From the IMG/VR virus record IMGVR_UViG_2925639251_000002: 64,000 nucleotides of DNA. One strand, given 5' to 3'. This document shows positions 60,298-64,000 of the stretch, one piece after another. The number at the start of each line of letters is the position of its first letter. Position 1 is the first letter of the stretch. Under the pieces are notes generated by a model, which saw only the letters and a program-made list of their open reading frames with translations, was not told the origin of the DNA and did not search any database. The stretch is from a virus. A program made the position numbers and the translations under genes.

Positions 60298-60498
60298 ATG
60301 TCTGCAATTAGTTACTTAAAAAACAGTATGACAATGCATAAAACCATTTACCAAAAGAAAGTTGAAAGCTTAGTTAAAAATGATTTGTTTTTTCATGAAA
60401 AAAGCATTGAAAAGTCAAAAATAATGAAGAATGAAAATGTTCGAAAACAACTAACTAAAGGATACATGAAATTGCTAAGCGAATACAAGGAGGATTAA
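60298..60498 (+). CDS. yopM: YopM (lysis-lysogeny operon)
   Basis: [10 protein letters not shown]..., first gene after the aim locus. Confidence 0.8.
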   Translation: MSAISYLKNSMTMHKTIYQKKVESLVKNDLFFHEKSIEKSKIMKNENVRKQLTKGYMKLLSEYKED

Positions 60499-60818
60499 TG
60501 ATGCATGTTGTAGAACTTAGGTCTACAAATCATAAAGATATTGATGCCGATTTTGTTTTAAATGCTAAACAAACTTACATAGAGAATGTACTAAACATTA
60601 GGAAAATGATTGTTAATGCAAAAACTGAAGATGATCTACATGGTGCAAAAATAGAGATAGCAGCATTATTAAAAGATCTAAATAGAGTATTATTAGGTGG
60701 AGATGGATTAAAAAGAAGCATTGAAAATAATCCGCATTTTATATCCCTAATACATTTTGTGAAGAATTTAAAACGACACATTGCAATTGAATTTGAAGAG
60801 TTTATTTATCAACCATAA
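60498..60818 (+). CDS. yopN: YopN (lysis-lysogeny operon)
   Basis: Synteny and sequence. Confidence 0.8.
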   Translation: MMHVVELRSTNHKDIDADFVLNAKQTYIENVLNIRKMIVNAKTEDDLHGAKIEIAALLKDLNRVLLGGDGLKRSIENNPHFISLIHFVKNLKRHIAIEFEEFIYQP

Positions 60819-60866
60819 CATATACGCACTGCAGTCTATAGTATACATAAAAAGTAGGAGGTTGAC

Positions 60867-61079
60867 ATGTCAGAGCGAATAAAACAGCTATTGGTCAAAC
60901 GTGGCATCACAATAGAGGAATTGTCGAGGGAGACAATGATTGATATTCAGAAATTAAACAAAATCATTGAAATGCCAGATGAATCAGATGTTACAACCAT
61001 AAAGCTTATCGCTCTGGTATTGAATGTCTCTATTGATGAGCTATTGGATGAGAAAGGAGGAGAAGATAATGCAAAATAA
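60867..61079 (+). CDS. yopO: YopO, XRE HTH protein
   Basis: HTH pattern ...IALVLNVSIDELL. Confidence 0.82.
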   Translation: MSERIKQLLVKRGITIEELSRETMIDIQKLNKIIEMPDESDVTTIKLIALVLNVSIDELLDEKGGEDNAK

Positions 61080-62145
61080 AGTTAAACAATTAAAAAATTA
61101 TGCGGTTTACGATGATATCGAGGGCTTTTTAATCAATAAAGATATAAGAAGTAGCTCAGGGAATTCTAACTATATGATGCCTTCATCAACTAGAAGGGTG
61201 TCGAACACCAGAAAGAATTATGAAGGGGATATTAAGCAGTTCTTTAGTGTGATTAAAGGTAAAGATGTCAAAAGTTTAGTTCCCGATGATTTAGTTGTAA
61301 GTAAAAGCGAATTAAGCAACTATGTGAAGTATCTTCAGGAAAAGGGATTAGTTAATAATAGTATTAACAGAAAAATGACCTCCCTGAAGATGCTCTATAC
61401 ATATTTGGAGCATGATTATAAGGACTATATTGACTTGTCGGTGTTTAATACTGTCGAAAGGCTTAAAACAGTAACTAGAAACTGGGATAAAACAACCCAG
61501 ACAGAAGCCGAAAGAATCGCTCAGGATATGTATATAAATGAAAGACAGAAACCTTTAATGAAAAAGCTGTTTGTTAAATTCGCCATCAGAACTTCTTTTC
61601 GTGTAAGTGCGATTTTGCGAGTAAGATGGAAAGACATACAGCTTGATGAAAGTACAGGCCATTATATAGTAACAGTTATTGATAAAGGATCTCAGGTTGT
61701 GTCTACAGGCATTAACCAGGTATTTTATGAGGAATTGTTGCAGCTGAAGGAAGAGGATGACAACGAAACTGAATTGGTTTTTCAGGGGCTTTCGGAACAA
61801 TCTTTACGACACTCCTTAAAAAGGTCGAAAAAAAGATTAGGAATACCTCCTGAAAGAGAATTAGTCTTACACTCATTTAAGGGTGTAGGAATTGACTATG
61901 TCTATGAGAATTCTGGTCACGATTTACTTGCAGCAAAAGAACAAGGAAATCATAAAAACACATTAACAACAGAGAGATATATGAGCAGAAAGATTAACAT
62001 AGCGAACTCTGCTGGTGTAACAATGGATGAAAAAATCGATTTAAATCCACTATATGAAGCAACCCAAGAGGATTTTATTAGTTTTTTTGAAAACGCTGAT
62101 CTTGTTACATTAAAAAAGTTTATAAAGCATGTAAATGAGCGATAA
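61069..62145 (+). CDS. yopP: YopP, tyrosine recombinase-like protein
   Basis: SFRVSAIL, DKG, HSFK, NHKNTLTTERY; start corrected to MQNKVK. Confidence 0.85.
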   Translation: MQNKVKQLKNYAVYDDIEGFLINKDIRSSSGNSNYMMPSSTRRVSNTRKNYEGDIKQFFSVIKGKDVKSLVPDDLVVSKSELSNYVKYLQEKGLVNNSINRKMTSLKMLYTYLEHDYKDYIDLSVFNTVERLKTVTRNWDKTTQTEAERIAQDMYINERQKPLMKKLFVKFAIRTSFRVSAILRVRWKDIQLDESTGHYIVTVIDKGSQVVSTGINQVFYEELLQLKEEDDNETELVFQGLSEQSLRHSLKRSKKRLGIPPERELVLHSFKGVGIDYVYENSGHDLLAAKEQGNHKNTLTTERYMSRKINIANSAGVTMDEKIDLNPLYEATQEDFISFFENADLVTLKKFIKHVNER

Positions 62146-62239
62146 TCATTTTTTCGGTATATTACTCAGTTCAAATGATAATTCTTCTTGATTAACCAGA
62201 TTGCCTTTGGTAACTTTAAATTTAGCAACATGACATGAG

Positions 62240-63634
62240 GTGAAAGGCTATATGACAGTGATCTTTGATCAGTCTGCAAATGAGAAACTGCTTTCAGAAA
62301 TGAAAGATGCTATCTCGAAAAATAAACACATAAGATCTTTTATTAACGATATTCAATTAGAGATGGCTAAAAATAAAATTACTCCAGGGACAACACAAAA
62401 ATTAATTTATGATATAGAAAATCCAGAAGTCGAAATTTCTAAAGAATATATGTACTTTTTAGCCAAGTCCCTATACTCAGTTCTTGAAAGTGAAAGGTTT
62501 AATCCACGAAATTACTTCACAGAAACGGATATGAGAGAAATTGAAACGTTATGGGAAGGATCTGTGGAGGAAGATATAAAATTTCCGTATACATTCAAAC
62601 AAGTTGTAAAGTATTCGGATGATAATTATTTCTTCCCCATCACTGCTAAAGAGTTGTTTATGCTATTTGAAAATAAGTTATTGCACTATAATCCTAATGC
62701 TCAAAGAACGAACAAAACGAAAAAACTAGAGGGCTCAGATATTGAGATACCTGTACCGCAGCTCAATAAACAATCGGTTGAAGAAATAAAGGAACTGTTC
62801 TTAGATGGGAAATTAATTAAATCAGTTTTTACGTTTAATGCACGTGTTGGAAGCGCAAGTTGTGGCGAAGAATTAAAATATGATGACGACACTATGTCGC
62901 TTACAGTGACTGAAGACACCATTTTAGACGTTTTAGACGGGTATCATCGGCTAATAGGCATTACTATGGCTATAAGACAGCATCCTGAGTTAGATCATTT
63001 GTTTGAAGAAACCTTTAAAGTGGACATCTATAACTACACTCAAAAAAGGGCGAGAGAGCATTTTGGGCAACAAAATACAATAAATCCAGTGAAGAAATCT
63101 AAAGTAGCTGAGATGAGTCAAAATGTTTATTCTAATAAAATTGTTAAGTTCATTCAGGATAATAGCATAATTGGTGATTATATAAAGACAAATGGAGACT
63201 GGATAAATCAGAATCAGAACTTACTTATAACTTTTTCTGACTTCAAAAAGGCAATTGAAAGAAGTTATTCTAAAAAAGATTTTTCAACTCAGGCAGATAT
63301 TTTAAAAACTGCAAGATACCTTACATCTTTCTTTGATGCTTTAGCTACACAATATGTGGATGAGTTCTTAGGTGATATAGCAAAAGAAAGAAAGAGAAGT
63401 TTTGTGAACAACTATTTGTTCTTTAACGGCTACGTTGTACTAGCTAAGAAGTTGCAGTTAGATGGAGTAAGTCTAGATGATTTAGAAAGTAAAATTACCG
63501 ATGTTTTAAGCTCTATAGACTTTAGTAAGAAAAATAAATTGTGGGATGAATTAGGTGTAGTAGACAAGAATGGAAATGCTAAATCACCACAAAATATATG
63601 GAATTTCTTTAACAATTTAAAAATAGACGAGTAA
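62240..63634 (+). CDS. yopQ: YopQ, DndB/ParB-like (DGQHR-type) domain protein
   Basis: NPNAQR and LDGYHRL motifs. Confidence 0.82.
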   Translation: MKGYMTVIFDQSANEKLLSEMKDAISKNKHIRSFINDIQLEMAKNKITPGTTQKLIYDIENPEVEISKEYMYFLAKSLYSVLESERFNPRNYFTETDMREIETLWEGSVEEDIKFPYTFKQVVKYSDDNYFFPITAKELFMLFENKLLHYNPNAQRTNKTKKLEGSDIEIPVPQLNKQSVEEIKELFLDGKLIKSVFTFNARVGSASCGEELKYDDDTMSLTVTEDTILDVLDGYHRLIGITMAIRQHPELDHLFEETFKVDIYNYTQKRAREHFGQQNTINPVKKSKVAEMSQNVYSNKIVKFIQDNSIIGDYIKTNGDWINQNQNLLITFSDFKKAIERSYSKKDFSTQADILKTARYLTSFFDALATQYVDEFLGDIAKERKRSFVNNYLFFNGYVVLAKKLQLDGVSLDDLESKITDVLSSIDFSKKNKLWDELGVVDKNGNAKSPQNIWNFFNNLKIDE

Positions 63635-63657
63635 TTACTTAGGAGTTGTTTGTTGCA

Positions 63658-64000
63658 ATGTTCAATAGTGAGATTAAGGAAAAATATTTAGATACCTTAT
63701 CTGAGGGTATGGTTATGCAGATGAGGCCTATTTTTGCAAAAGCAGAGATTACTGAGACTTTATATAATAAAGACATTTATGATTTCACATCAATGCAAAT
63801 TTTAGAACTTATACGATCATTCGATCAAACCACTATTGGTAGTGTTCGAAGAACCTTAGCATTATTGTCATTGTATATTGATTGGGCAATTTCATATAAG
63901 TTAAGTAAAGGATTAACCAATTTGGCAAGAACTATTTCTGAAGAAGAGCTTTATGAATGTCTCGGAGACAAAAAATTATATATTACTTATAGTGAATTAG
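63658..64000 (+). CDS. yopR: YopR/MrpR master repressor, N-terminal part (truncated by the window)
   Basis: MFNSEIKEKYLDTLSEG... after AGGAG RBS; position after yopQ. Confidence 0.82.
   Translation, partial: MFNSEIKEKYLDTLSEGMVMQMRPIFAKAEITETLYNKDIYDFTSMQILELIRSFDQTTIGSVRRTLALLSLYIDWAISYKLSKGLTNLARTISEEELYECLGDKKLYITYSEL

Larger units (their letters stand above)
1..64000. mobile_element. SPbeta-like temperate phage/prophage, internal segment (yolD to yopR)
   Basis: Gene order and protein sequences match recalled SPbeta: uvrX, blyA, cwlP, yom/yon structural genes, yonO, yonT, aimR/aimP (GMPRGA), yopM-R. No att site or host gene seen. Confidence 0.97.

Overview
This window is an internal 64-kb segment of an SPbeta-like Bacillus subtilis-group temperate phage/prophage. 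It is largely collinear with SPbeta from yolD/uvrX to the start of yopR (mrpR). From left to right it holds: the SOS-boxed yolD-uvrX mutasome; a Rap-Phr quorum-sensing cassette (no sublancin cluster at this position); the lysis module; the minus-strand late operon (tail spike, tail, tape measure CwlP, capsid, portal, terminase); a ~2.4-kb RNA-structure-rich region around a DIP1984-like gene; HU (yonN); the single-subunit RNA polymerase gene yonO, split by a group I intron carrying a GIY-YIG homing endonuclease; a ~1-kb skewed non-coding divergence region; the yonT/yoyJ type I toxin locus; an accessory block (antirepressor-like genes, UvrD/PcrA helicase, HNH nuclease, proteasome-like Ntn protein, ApeA/HEPN); and the GMPRGA arbitrium locus with the yopM-yopR lysogeny operon. 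The best candidates for undescribed biology are: (i) eight dispersed 28-bp 11-6-11 palindromic dif-like sites at gene boundaries, mostly at variable loci, in a phage with several tyrosine recombinase-fold genes; (ii) a DIP1984-like protein followed by a folded RNA with tandem UUAC(G) repeats, within a cluster of other structured RNAs that includes a tRNA-like molecule; (iii) the self-splicing intron in yonO. Gene symbols come from my recall of SPbeta proteins and gene order; no database search was run.
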